Under the pieces are notes generated by a model, which was not told the origin of the DNA, did not search any database, and saw only the letters and a list, made by a program, of their open reading frames with translations. Of a stretch of DNA of 64,000 nucleotides, positions 8,829 through 19,311 are shown piece after piece. Source of the DNA: a virus (Duplodnaviria > Caudoviricetes); IMG/VR virus record IMGVR_UViG_3300021964_009400. The stretch is one strand, 5' to 3'. How positions within the stretch are numbered: the stretch's first letter is position 1; each line of letters starts with the position of its first letter. Made by a program: the position numbers and the translations under genes.

Positions 8829-11435
8829 ATGGCACAAATTATTAAACACAGAAGAGGTAATCTCGAAGGTGTAGCAACGGCAACTACAAGAGCTGGTGAA
8901 CTCCTAGTAGTTACCGGTTCATCTGGTTTAGGAACAATCGCGAATGGTGATAGTTTAGTATTTGTTGGTATTGATGGTTCAACGGCTACACCTGTAAATA
9001 AAATATTACAAGGGACAACCGTACCAGATTTAACTGGTGGAGACTACAACACTCATGTTGATGGTATCCCTTTCTATGATACTGATGATAATAAACTTTA
9101 TATCCTTAACAAAGGTGGAAACATCGAAGTTAAAGCAAGTCCTGAAACAGGTGGAACAGGAATAGTATCAGGTTCATCACAAGTTTCTTTTACAGATTTA
9201 TCTAACTTATCAGCTGGTATAGTAAGTGGTTCAAGTCAAATAGTACTGAATGATGCAGATAAAACAGGATTTGATACTGATGATGTATCTGAAGGTACAA
9301 ACTTATATTTCACTAATGATAGAGTTAAGGCAAGATTAGATGCTGAAACCGTAATTAGTGGTTCATCACAAGTAGATGGTACAACAATTTCAAACAACAC
9401 AATTTCAATTGCTGGTAATTCAACTGCTTTAGGTGGTTCAATAACTGCAGCAAAAATTTTAGAAGGAACAGGAGTTCACTCTGGTTCAGCTCAAGTTGTT
9501 TCAGCACTTTCTAACCAAGCAACCGATTTCGGTACTGGTAGAGTAAGTGGTGATGACTTTGGTGATGTAGATGGAGGTTCAACTTTCACTGGTTCATTCG
9601 AAGGTGATGGTAGTGGATTAACTGGCTTAGCAACTGATTTAACAATTGGTGGTGATAATGGTTCTGACGATACAGTTTCACTTTCAAGTGGTACTCTTAA
9701 CATCGTTGGTACAAGTGGAGTAACTGAAACTACGGTAACTAATGACCAAATTGCAATCGATATAGTTGATAACCCAACACTTACTGGTAATGTTTCTATT
9801 ACTGGTAACTTAAATGTACAAGGTACAACTACAACAATTAACTCAAATACATTAGATGTAGGTGATAATATTATTAACTTAAACTATGGTGGTTCATCTG
9901 TATATGCAGGTTTATATGCAAATGATGCAACTGCACCAAGTACTGTTTCAGGTTCAATTCTTTGGGATGGAACAAATGACCAATGGATTGCAGGACAAAG
10001 TGGTTCAGAAGTTAAAATATTATTAGCAAATGGAGACGGTGTTGTATCTGGTTCTTCTCAAATCACATTCGCTGATTTAGCAAGTTTACCAGGTGGTATT
10101 GTATCTGGTTCAGGTCAAGTAGTATTACAAGATGCTGATAAAACTGGATTTACAGGTGCTAGTTCAATCACAACTTTAGGTACTATATCAACTGGTGTAT
10201 GGAATGGAACTGTTATTGATAAAGCATATTTAGATGATGAGGTATTAAATGCTTCATTAAATGCATATACTGCATCAAATGATACAAACCAATCTGCACA
10301 AGATACAAGATTAGACCAATTATCTGCATTTACAAGTTCTGTAAGTGGAGATTTTGTAGACCAATCTGAATTAGCAGCAGCAACAGGTGCACTTGAAACT
10401 GCAGATTCTGCTTTAGAAGCAAGAGCTGATAATTTAGAATCATATACAAGTTCATTTGCAAGTGATACTGTAACTTTAACTAACAAAACTATTGATGCTT
10501 CAAATAACACTATTTCAAACATTGCAAATTCATCACTTACTAACGATGGAATTACAATTGCAGGTGTTGATACTGATTTAGGTGGAGCAATTACTTATGA
10601 AACAATCGCAGGTGGTAGTGGAACAATATCTGGTTCAGCACAAGTTGTTTCTTCATTATCAAATCAGGCAACTGATTTCGGTACTGGTAGAATTAGTGGT
10701 GATGATATAGGTAATGTTGCAGGTGATACTACATTTACTGGTTCATTTAGTGGTGATGGTTCAAGCTTAACTGGTGTTGCTAGTACATTAGATATTAGTG
10801 GTTCAACTGGTAATGGAAGTGTTTCACTTAAAACACAAGATTTAAGTGTTGTAGGTACGGCAAATGAAATTGAAACTTCAGTTTCAGGTCAAACTATAAC
10901 AGTTGGATTACCAAATGATGTAACAATTGGTAACAACCTTACAGTAGGTGGTAATCTTGTAGTAGAAGGAACAACAACAACTGTTGATTCAACTCAAGTA
11001 ACAATTGGTGATAGAATCTTAGAACTTAACTACGCACAAGGTGCTGGAGATGCTGGTTTATTAGTAACTGACGTTGATGGTACAACTGTAAGTGGTTCGT
11101 TTTTATGGGATTCTGCAACTGATAAGTGGGTTGGTGGAGCATTAAGTTCTGAAAAAGAATTTGCGAGATTAGATTCTTCTCCAACTTCTAATACAGTTCT
11201 TAAGGCTGATGCTAATGGATTATTAGTTGATTCATTGATTACTGATGATGGAACAGATGTAACAATTAGTGGAACTGCAGAATTGAGAATCAATGCTGCA
11301 ACTGCTAACTCGTTTGTTTACTTTGATTCAAACAAATCACTTGAATCAGTTGCGGCTTCAACTGCTGGTGATGTAATTCAATGGAATGGTTCATCATTCG
11401 TTGCAAGTAACGAGATTGATGGAGGTACATTCTAA
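8829..11435 (+). CDS. Tail fibre-like protein, mosaic paralog 1
   Basis: 868 aa; MAQIIKHRRG N-terminus; repeated GIVSGSSQ and NIIxLNY..AGL modules; ends EIDGGTF. Confidence 0.75.
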   Translation: MAQIIKHRRGNLEGVATATTRAGELLVVTGSSGLGTIANGDSLVFVGIDGSTATPVNKILQGTTVPDLTGGDYNTHVDGIPFYDTDDNKLYILNKGGNIEVKASPETGGTGIVSGSSQVSFTDLSNLSAGIVSGSSQIVLNDADKTGFDTDDVSEGTNLYFTNDRVKARLDAETVISGSSQVDGTTISNNTISIAGNSTALGGSITAAKILEGTGVHSGSAQVVSALSNQATDFGTGRVSGDDFGDVDGGSTFTGSFEGDGSGLTGLATDLTIGGDNGSDDTVSLSSGTLNIVGTSGVTETTVTNDQIAIDIVDNPTLTGNVSITGNLNVQGTTTTINSNTLDVGDNIINLNYGGSSVYAGLYANDATAPSTVSGSILWDGTNDQWIAGQSGSEVKILLANGDGVVSGSSQITFADLASLPGGIVSGSGQVVLQDADKTGFTGASSITTLGTISTGVWNGTVIDKAYLDDEVLNASLNAYTASNDTNQSAQDTRLDQLSAFTSSVSGDFVDQSELAAATGALETADSALEARADNLESYTSSFASDTVTLTNKTIDASNNTISNIANSSLTNDGITIAGVDTDLGGAITYETIAGGSGTISGSAQVVSSLSNQATDFGTGRISGDDIGNVAGDTTFTGSFSGDGSSLTGVASTLDISGSTGNGSVSLKTQDLSVVGTANEIETSVSGQTITVGLPNDVTIGNNLTVGGNLVVEGTTTTVDSTQVTIGDRILELNYAQGAGDAGLLVTDVDGTTVSGSFLWDSATDKWVGGALSSEKEFARLDSSPTSNTVLKADANGLLVDSLITDDGTDVTISGTAELRINAATANSFVYFDSNKSLESVAASTAGDVIQWNGSSFVASNEIDGGTF

Positions 11436-11458
11436 TAAGAATTTACTTAAATAAAATT

Positions 11459-11490
11459 AATCCTCCTTGGTAACTTGGGGGATTTTTTTT
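11459..11490 (+). terminator. Intrinsic terminator
   Basis: AATCCTCC...GGGGGATT stem followed by a T-run after the 8829..11435 stop. Confidence 0.65.
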
Positions 11491-11598
11491 ATACTTTTTA
11501 TTTTTTTATATTTATATAGGTGGAAGAATAGTATATTACATAACCAAAATTTAGGTGCAGTATATTTATAAGTAATATAAAAAGGACAATATAATTAA

Positions 11599-14500
11599 AT
11601 GGCTTATACATTAAAATTTAGGAGAGGTACCTCATTTACAGACCCTCAGTTAGCAGAACCGTTTTTTAACACAAATAGTGATACACTACAAGTTGGTGAT
11701 GGTTCTTCTAATATTACACTAGTAAAACTTGGTTCAAATACTGCTGGTGATATTACATTTACAGGTGATGTTAATGCCGATAATTTAACTTTATCAGGTG
11801 ATGCAAATATAACTGGTAACATTATACTTGGTGGTAATATAACTTTAGGTGATAGTGGTAGTGATGAAATACAATTAAATGCTAGTTTAAGTGGTTCTTT
11901 AATACCTGATAGTCCTAGTGTATATGATATAGGTTCTTCAACACGAAAATATAAAAATTTATATGTTGAATCTGCTTCAATAGAAAATCCATCTTTCCCA
12001 GGCTCTGGTTTAGTTTCTACATCACAACAAATTGATGATTTTGGATTTTTACAAGTAGGTGGAGATGGTGTATTTAGTGGTTCATCTCAAGTAACACTAA
12101 ATGATGCCGATAAGACAGGATTTACAGGTGCCAGTTCAATTACTACGGTTGGTACAATTTCAACAGGTACTTGGCAAGGTACTATAATAGATAAAACATA
12201 CTTAGATACTGAAGTATTAAACACTTCACTAAATTCATATACTTCTTCAAATGATAATAATATTACAAATATTCATTCCACAACTGCATCATTTGAAGAT
12301 AGATTAGACCAATTATCAACTGAAACTAGTTCTATAACAACTGAACAAGCAGCACAAGATGTGAGGTTAGACCAACTTTCAGCTGAAACTGGTTCTATAA
12401 CAACAGAACAAGCTGCACAAGATAGCAGATTAGACCAACTTTCAACTGAAACTGGTTCTATAACAACAGAACAAGCTGCACAAGATAGCAGATTAGACCA
12501 ACTTTCAACTGAAACTGGTTCAATTGAAAATGAACAAGCTGCACAAGATGTAAGGTTAAACCAATTATCCACAGAAACAGGTTCAATTGAAAATGAACAA
12601 GCAGCACAAGATTCAAGATTAGATAATGTAGAAATATTTACATCTTCTATTGATATAAACATTTCAAATATTCATTCTACAACTGCATCATTTGAAAGTA
12701 GATTAGATTTACTAAGTGATGTATCTCATTCACATTCTAATAAAACAGAACTTGATACAATTAACCAAAATTTATCAACAACATCAGATGTAACATTTAA
12801 TACTGGTTCCTTTACTGGTAATATGACAATTACTGGTGATTTAACAGTTTTAGGTTCTTCAACAGAAATTTCTTCAACAGAATTAAGAATTGAAGATAAA
12901 TTAATTACAGTTGCAAGTGGTTCGGCAGATTCAGCAGCTGCAGATGGAGCAGGATTAGAGATTGATGGAGCAGGAAAATCATTAAAATGGGACCACAACA
13001 CATCTCAATTTGTATTAGATGCAAAAGTAAGTTCATCGGTAGGATTTAAAGGAGAAGGTGGAGAACTTACAGGTATAGATACAGACCAAGTAACTGAAGC
13101 AGGAAATCTTTATTATACTGATGCAAGAGTAAAACAAAAAATGACTGATGAAGTTGCACACTCTGGTTCATTCCTTGGAACTGCAACAACATCAAATTTA
13201 GATGAAGGAACAAATTTATATTGGACAGAAACAAGATTTAGTGCATCTTTAGATGATAGAGGAGTATTAAGTGGTTCTGCTCACATAAATGATTCTTTAA
13301 ACTCTTATACTGCATCAAACGATACAACTAATACAACTCAAAATAGTAGATTAGACCAATTATCCACAGAAACCGGCTCTATATCCACAGAACAAGCTGC
13401 GCAAGATAGTAGATTAACAAATATAGAAGCAAATACTGGTTCTTATTTAACAACTGTTGATATTTCTGATGATACAAACTTAGCTGTCTCTGATACAAGT
13501 ACAGTTAATATGACTTTAAGTGGTGATACACTTTCTGCTGATGTAATAGGTGGAGTTGTATCTGGTTCAGAACAATTAAGTGGTACATTTTTATCAAAAT
13601 TAGGAGATAGTGTTGTAAGTAGTTCAGCATTTAGTTCTCCATCACAAGGTACAATTAGAGCAACAATCAATGGAATAGATACCGATGTAGATAGTGGATT
13701 ACAAACATCAGATTCTCCATCGTTTGAGGGTATATCATTAACTTCGGTTTCTGAAGTTGATAATGTTGAATATACTGCATTATTTATCAGTTCATCAAAC
13801 TTATTAGGAACTAGAGAATTAGGAACTGCAGCATTCTTACATTATTCTAACTCAATTGCAGATGGTAACTCACAAGTTATTGGTACTGCTCAAGCAACAA
13901 AAAATTATATTGATACAAAAGTTATCGAAGCGGGTGCTGGTGATATTACAGAAGTAAATTCTGGATTAGGTTTAAGTGGAGGAGCATTAAGTGGTTCAGC
14001 AACTCTTACATTAGATACAGGCTCAACTCACTTCTTAAATGGAGTTTCAGCTGCAGGTGCACCAGAAGGAACAATTAGTGGTTCATCACAAATAACTTCT
14101 TTAGGATTTATATCATCTTCTGATTCAACAGTATCTTTAAACGCATATACTGCATCTAACGATATAAACATTACAAATATTCATTCTACAACTTCATCAT
14201 TTGATAGTAGATTAGATAATATAGAAAGTTTCACATCATCTTTAGATGATTCATATGTAACAGAATCAGAATTAGCTGCAGCAACTGGTGCACTTGAAAC
14301 TAAAGATAATGAACAAGATTCAAGATTATCAAATATAGAAAGTTTCACATCATCTTTAGATGATTCTTATGTTACTGAAGCTGAATTAGCAGCTGCAACT
14401 GGAGCACTTGAAACTAAAGATAATACACAAGATACTAGATTAGACCAACTTTCAACTGAAACAGGTTCTATATCAACCGAACAAGCAGTTCAAGACCAAA

Positions 14501-15897
14501 GGTTAAGTGCAATTGAAGCGGATAGTGGTTCTTATTTAAAAACAGTTGATATATCTTCAGATACTAATTTAGCAGTATCAGATACATCAGAAGTTAATAT
14601 GATTTTAACTAATGATACACTAAGTGCAGAATTAATTGGTGGTGTTGTATCTGGTTCTTCACAAGTAATAGATATTTTAAGTTCAATAAACACTTACACA
14701 TCTTCTAATGATAATGATATAACAGAATTATTCTCATCAGCATCAGACCATGAAGGTAGAATAGATACACTTGAAGGGGATGTACATGAGGACCCATTAA
14801 CATTTAATGATACAACAAATGTTGATTTAATTAGAAGTGGCGATGTAATTACTGCAAATCTTAAAGGTGGTGTTGTATCTGGTTCTTCACAAATAAACTA
14901 TTCTGAATTAAGTGGAATAAATAATAACATAATATCAGCATCATCTGATACTTCACAAGTAGATATGATTATCAATGGTGGAAGTATTTCTGCAAATCTT
15001 AAAGGTGGTGTAGTTAGTGGTTCATCACAAATAACATTTGCTGATTTAAATGGATTACCTGGTGGTATTGTATCTGGTTCATCTCAACTTACTTCATCAT
15101 ATGATACAAGATATGTAAATGCAACTGGTAATGAAAGTATTAGTGGAAATAAAACATTTGATAATAATGTTGTAATTAGTGGAGATTTAAATGTTGCAGG
15201 AACAACTACATATACATCAACAAATAATGTAAATATTGGTGATAATATTTTAGAATTAAACTTTGGTGGTTCTGCTACAACAAGTGGTCTTTTAACTAAA
15301 GATTCAACAGGTGGTTCAACTACAAGTGGTTCTCTTTTATGGGATGCCACAAATGATTATTGGAAAGCAGGCAAATTTGGTTCAGAAGCAAAAATTTTAC
15401 TTTCTTTAGGAGATGGTGTAGTAAGTGGTTCAGACCAAATAACAAAAACTTTACAAGAAGTAACAACTGCTGGAAATACTACATCCAATGCAGTATCGAT
15501 TACAAACTCAACGGCTTCAACAACTAAAACGACTGGTGCTCTTGTAGTAACTGGTGGTGTTGGTGTTAGTGGAGCAGTAAATGTTGGTGGTGATGTTGTT
15601 GCTTTTGCATCTTCAGATGAAAGGTTAAAAGACAATATTCAACCAATTTCTAACCCATTAGAAAAAATAAATTTAATTTCTGGTAATAGTTTTGTATGGA
15701 ATGAAGAAAAACAAAATATTTATAAAGGTAAGGATTATGGAGTTATTGCTCAAGAAGTAGAAAAAATTCTTCCAGAATTGGTACAAACACGAGAAGATGG
15801 TTTTAAAGCAGTAAAATATGATAAATTAATATCACTACTTATAGAAAGTGTAAAAGAATTATCAAAAGAGGTTAAAGAATTAAAAGAAAAAAATTAG
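11599..15897 (+). CDS. Long tail fibre with coiled-coil repeats and a C-terminal peptidase S74 intramolecular chaperone
   Basis: 1432 aa; C-terminus ASSDERLKDNI...YGVIAQEVEKILPELV...VKYDKLISLLIESVKEL is the S74 signature. Confidence 0.85.
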   Translation: MAYTLKFRRGTSFTDPQLAEPFFNTNSDTLQVGDGSSNITLVKLGSNTAGDITFTGDVNADNLTLSGDANITGNIILGGNITLGDSGSDEIQLNASLSGSLIPDSPSVYDIGSSTRKYKNLYVESASIENPSFPGSGLVSTSQQIDDFGFLQVGGDGVFSGSSQVTLNDADKTGFTGASSITTVGTISTGTWQGTIIDKTYLDTEVLNTSLNSYTSSNDNNITNIHSTTASFEDRLDQLSTETSSITTEQAAQDVRLDQLSAETGSITTEQAAQDSRLDQLSTETGSITTEQAAQDSRLDQLSTETGSIENEQAAQDVRLNQLSTETGSIENEQAAQDSRLDNVEIFTSSIDINISNIHSTTASFESRLDLLSDVSHSHSNKTELDTINQNLSTTSDVTFNTGSFTGNMTITGDLTVLGSSTEISSTELRIEDKLITVASGSADSAAADGAGLEIDGAGKSLKWDHNTSQFVLDAKVSSSVGFKGEGGELTGIDTDQVTEAGNLYYTDARVKQKMTDEVAHSGSFLGTATTSNLDEGTNLYWTETRFSASLDDRGVLSGSAHINDSLNSYTASNDTTNTTQNSRLDQLSTETGSISTEQAAQDSRLTNIEANTGSYLTTVDISDDTNLAVSDTSTVNMTLSGDTLSADVIGGVVSGSEQLSGTFLSKLGDSVVSSSAFSSPSQGTIRATINGIDTDVDSGLQTSDSPSFEGISLTSVSEVDNVEYTALFISSSNLLGTRELGTAAFLHYSNSIADGNSQVIGTAQATKNYIDTKVIEAGAGDITEVNSGLGLSGGALSGSATLTLDTGSTHFLNGVSAAGAPEGTISGSSQITSLGFISSSDSTVSLNAYTASNDINITNIHSTTSSFDSRLDNIESFTSSLDDSYVTESELAAATGALETKDNEQDSRLSNIESFTSSLDDSYVTEAELAAATGALETKDNTQDTRLDQLSTETGSISTEQAVQDQRLSAIEADSGSYLKTVDISSDTNLAVSDTSEVNMILTNDTLSAELIGGVVSGSSQVIDILSSINTYTSSNDNDITELFSSASDHEGRIDTLEGDVHEDPLTFNDTTNVDLIRSGDVITANLKGGVVSGSSQINYSELSGINNNIISASSDTSQVDMIINGGSISANLKGGVVSGSSQITFADLNGLPGGIVSGSSQLTSSYDTRYVNATGNESISGNKTFDNNVVISGDLNVAGTTTYTSTNNVNIGDNILELNFGGSATTSGLLTKDSTGGSTTSGSLLWDATNDYWKAGKFGSEAKILLSLGDGVVSGSDQITKTLQEVTTAGNTTSNAVSITNSTASTTKTTGALVVTGGVGVSGAVNVGGDVVAFASSDERLKDNIQPISNPLEKINLISGNSFVWNEEKQNIYKGKDYGVIAQEVEKILPELVQTREDGFKAVKYDKLISLLIESVKELSKEVKELKEKN
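12301..12630 (+). repeat. In-frame 63-bp (21-aa) tandem repeat, about 5 copies, unit RLDQLSTETGSITTEQAAQDS
   Basis: Units at 12421-12483 and 12484-12546 are near-identical at DNA level; 21 aa = 3 heptads. Confidence 0.9.
14206..14433 (+). repeat. In-frame 114-bp (38-aa) duplication SRLxNIESFTSSLDDSYVTExELAAATGALETKDNxQD
   Basis: Copies start at 14206 and 14320. Confidence 0.85.
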
Positions 15898-15909
15898 GAA
15901 ACCAAAAGA

Positions 15910-16557
15910 ATGGCACAGATAATAAAACTAAAAAGAAGTCTTGTAGGAGGGAGTAAACCAACAACATCAGATTTAGCAATTGGTGAATTAGCAATGAATG
16001 TAACCGATGGAAAAGTATTCCTTCGTAAAAGTGGTTCTGCTGGTGATAATATAAAAGAAATCGTAACACTTGACCATGATGGGACTTTAAGTGGTTCATT
16101 AAACATTACAGGTTCGATTACTGCATCTGCATTCGTAGGAGATGGTTCAAGATTAACAAATATAACAGTATCTCAAACTGCAACAGTAAAGAGAAATTTT
16201 ACAAATTCCATATCTTGGAGTGTAGAACATAACCTCGATACAGAAAATGCAATAGTTCAAGCATATAATTCTGATAATTATCAATTAATACCAGAAAATG
16301 TAAAAATAGTTGATAGTGATAATATATTAATTACATTTTCAACATCACAAACTGGTTTTGCAGTAGTTGCAAAAGGTGGTCATATTGTAAGTGGTTCAAT
16401 ATCAGCTGATAACATAGATGGTTTAACAGATGCCGTTACAGAAACAGTTGATGGACTTGGAGTATTTAGTGGTTCTGCACAAGTTACTTTAGGTGGAGAT
16501 TTAAGTGGAACTGCAGATAATGCCGTTCTTTCACAAGTAGATGGAGATACTTTTTAA
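15910..16557 (+). CDS. Short fibre-associated protein, paralog of 19312..20538
   Basis: MAQIIKLKRS..GELAMN.TDGKVFL N-terminus; VEHNL..AIVQ..VVAKGGH module; ends QVDGDTF. Confidence 0.7.
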   Translation: MAQIIKLKRSLVGGSKPTTSDLAIGELAMNVTDGKVFLRKSGSAGDNIKEIVTLDHDGTLSGSLNITGSITASAFVGDGSRLTNITVSQTATVKRNFTNSISWSVEHNLDTENAIVQAYNSDNYQLIPENVKIVDSDNILITFSTSQTGFAVVAKGGHIVSGSISADNIDGLTDAVTETVDGLGVFSGSAQVTLGGDLSGTADNAVLSQVDGDTF

Positions 16558-16610
16558 TATTTAATAAAATAAATAGTTATATTTATATAAGAAATAAGGA
16601 AAAATAAAAA

Positions 16611-19211
16611 ATGATTATACACAACCCCATAGTATCAGGTTCATTACAATTCCCATCGGATGAGAATGGTAATTTAATAACCTTACAAGTACAAAACGGT
16701 ACTCTTGAAACCATCACCTTAAATTCAAGTGGTGTTGACCAAGGAATTCAACCAGCCGTTAATTATTCTGGTTCATTTACTGGTTCATTCGTTGGAGATG
16801 GTTCAAGTTTAACAGGAGTAGCCGCAAGTGATTTTAATATTGATATTCTTGATGCACTAGGAGGAGCAACAATTGACCAAGGAGATAATTTCCTTATAAG
16901 TGATGCAGGAACAGAAAAGAAAGTAACTTTTTCAAATTTAGAAGATTCAGTATTTGGAAATGTTAGTGGAGATATTACAATAGCAGCAGGGGGTTCTGCT
17001 ACTTTAGATAATGCATATATTAATACTTCACTAAATGCTTATACTGCATCAAATGATACAACTAATACAACCCAAACTTCAAGATTAGACCAACTTTCAA
17101 CTGAAACTGGTTCAATTTCTACTGAACAAGCAGCACAAGATAGTAGATTAGACCAACTTTCAACTGAAACTGGTTCAATTTCTACTGAACAAGCAGCACA
17201 AGATAGTAGATTAGACCAATTATCTACATTTACTGGTTCTATTAGTGGAGACTTCGTAGACAATGCAGAATTAGCAGCCGCAACTGGAGCACTTGAAACT
17301 AAAGATACTGCACAAGATTCAAGATTATCAAACTTAGAAGCAAATAGTGGTTCTTATTTAACAACTGTTGATATTTCTGATGATACAAACTTAGCAGTTT
17401 CAGATACAAATGAAGTAAATATGATATTAACCGGTGATACTTTATCAGCCGAACTTATCGGTGGTGTAGTATCTGGTTCAGACCAAGTTGCCTCATCATT
17501 CGCACAAAGTATTTTAGATGATGCAGATGCAGCTGCAGTTAGAACTACAATTGGTGTAGATGCAGCAGGAACTGATAACTCAACAGATGTAACTTTAAGT
17601 GGTACACCAAATTATATTACAATTAGTGGACAAGTAATTACAAGAAACACTATTGATATTGGTGATGATACGAACTTAGCAGTTTCAGATACCGATAATG
17701 TTGATATGATATTAAGTGGAGATACTCTTTCCGCAAATCTTAAAGGTGGAGTAGTTTCTGGTTCATCTCAAATAACATTATCTTCAGCTGGTGGATACGA
17801 TGCAAATGAACACATAGACCACACTTCAGTTTCAATAACTGCAGGAACTGGTCTTAATGGTGGTGGTACAATAGCTGCAACAAGAACTTTAAATGTAGAT
17901 TCTGATTATAAAAATGACTCACTTAATACATTTAGTGCATCATTATCTACAAACTTAGCAGATTTAACAGATGCAGAAGTTGCACAATTAGAAAATATTG
18001 GAAGTACTACAATATCTTCAACTCAATGGGGATATTTAGGAGCATCTAATCAAGGAATAACAACAGTATCAAATGTACAATTTGGTAATTTAACATTATC
18101 TGGTAATTTAACTGTAAATGGTGAAACATCTTATATTTCATCTTCAGTAGTACAAATTGGTGATAATATATTAGAACTTAATGGTTCAGCAGGAGCAAAT
18201 GGTGGTATCTATGTAAGAGATGCAGTAGGAACAACAAATAGTGGTTCATTACTATGGGATACTTCAAATGATTATTGGAAAGCAGGAGCAAAAGGTTCTG
18301 AAAACGAAATTTTAACTACTGGTAATGTAGATGCAGATATTAAAACATTCTCTGTACCAGCAAGTACAACAATATCTTCGTTTGGTAAAACACTTGTAGA
18401 TGATGCAGATGCTTCAGCAGCAAGAACTACATTAGGTGTAGATGTAGCGGGAACAGATAACTCAACAGATGTTACACTTGCTAACACTAACTACTTATCT
18501 TTAAGTGGTCAAGAAATTACAGGTGGAACTGTTCCAGTAACAAGTGGTGGTACTGGTGCAACCTCAGCAGCAGCTGCAAGAAGTAATTTAGGTGTAGATG
18601 CAGCAGGAACTGATAACTCAACTGATGTAACTTTATCAGGTACTCCAAACTATATAACAATTAGTGGACAAGTAATTACAAGAAATCAAATTGATTTAGC
18701 AACAGATGTAACAGGTGTGTTACCATCAGCTAATTTAGATTCTGATACTGCACATTTAAGTGGAACACAAACATTTAGTGGTGCTAAATCATTCTCATCA
18801 GCAGTTAACATTGATGCAACTACACAATCAACCTCCAAAACGACTGGAGCATTAATAGTTGATGGTGGTGTTGGTATCGCAAAAACACTTAATGTTGGTG
18901 AAGATATTGTTGCATACGCTTCTTCAGATGAGAGATATAAAGATAATGTTATACCAATCGAAAATCCAAATGATAAAATCAAACAAATCGGTGGATATAC
19001 TTTTGATTGGAATGATAAACATGAAATATTTAAAGGTCAACACGATGTTGGGGTAATTGCACAAGAAATAGAAAAAGTATTACCAGAAATCGTTGAAACA
19101 AGAGAAAATGGTTTCAAGGCAGTTAAATATGAAAAAATTGTTGCTCTTCTTATCGAATCAAACAAAGAATTAATCAAAAGAATAGAAGAGTTAGAAAGTA
19201 AAATATCTTAA
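16611..19211 (+). CDS. Tail fibre with a C-terminal peptidase S74 chaperone, mosaic paralog
   Basis: 866 aa; ASSDERYKDNV...VGVIAQEIEKVLPEIV; carries the same 21-aa repeat as 11599..15897. Confidence 0.85.
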   Translation: MIIHNPIVSGSLQFPSDENGNLITLQVQNGTLETITLNSSGVDQGIQPAVNYSGSFTGSFVGDGSSLTGVAASDFNIDILDALGGATIDQGDNFLISDAGTEKKVTFSNLEDSVFGNVSGDITIAAGGSATLDNAYINTSLNAYTASNDTTNTTQTSRLDQLSTETGSISTEQAAQDSRLDQLSTETGSISTEQAAQDSRLDQLSTFTGSISGDFVDNAELAAATGALETKDTAQDSRLSNLEANSGSYLTTVDISDDTNLAVSDTNEVNMILTGDTLSAELIGGVVSGSDQVASSFAQSILDDADAAAVRTTIGVDAAGTDNSTDVTLSGTPNYITISGQVITRNTIDIGDDTNLAVSDTDNVDMILSGDTLSANLKGGVVSGSSQITLSSAGGYDANEHIDHTSVSITAGTGLNGGGTIAATRTLNVDSDYKNDSLNTFSASLSTNLADLTDAEVAQLENIGSTTISSTQWGYLGASNQGITTVSNVQFGNLTLSGNLTVNGETSYISSSVVQIGDNILELNGSAGANGGIYVRDAVGTTNSGSLLWDTSNDYWKAGAKGSENEILTTGNVDADIKTFSVPASTTISSFGKTLVDDADASAARTTLGVDVAGTDNSTDVTLANTNYLSLSGQEITGGTVPVTSGGTGATSAAAARSNLGVDAAGTDNSTDVTLSGTPNYITISGQVITRNQIDLATDVTGVLPSANLDSDTAHLSGTQTFSGAKSFSSAVNIDATTQSTSKTTGALIVDGGVGIAKTLNVGEDIVAYASSDERYKDNVIPIENPNDKIKQIGGYTFDWNDKHEIFKGQHDVGVIAQEIEKVLPEIVETRENGFKAVKYEKIVALLIESNKELIKRIEELESKIS
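17082..17220 (+). repeat. Perfect 63-bp in-frame tandem repeat (2 full copies plus a partial)
   Basis: agattagaccaactttcaactgaaactggttcaatttctactgaacaagcagcacaagatagt repeated. Confidence 0.9.
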
Positions 19212-19245
19212 TATATATTTGGATATTTTATTAATAATAAAGTTA

Positions 19246-19283
19246 ATACAATACATCTTGATATAAGATGTGTATTGATGTAT
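19246..19283. other. Long intergenic stem-loop
   Basis: CAATACATCTT-GATAT-AAGATGTGTATTG (11 bp with a 2-nt bulge) upstream of 19312. Confidence 0.6.
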
Positions 19284-19311
19284 GTTTTATATAAATTAGA
19301 AAGCTGTATAT

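Noticed and set aside
12301-17220. 63-bp direct repeats resembling a CRISPR array
   Set aside because: The units are contiguous with no unique spacers, are in frame within CDSs and encode heptads; no cas genes are present
2569-18982. Numerous minus-strand ORFs (for example 2569-2844, 10115-10522, 12273-12662, 17039-17263)
   Set aside because: They are antisense shadows of repetitive Ser/Thr/Gly codons in the long + strand fibre genes, with no RBS, promoter or recognisable domain
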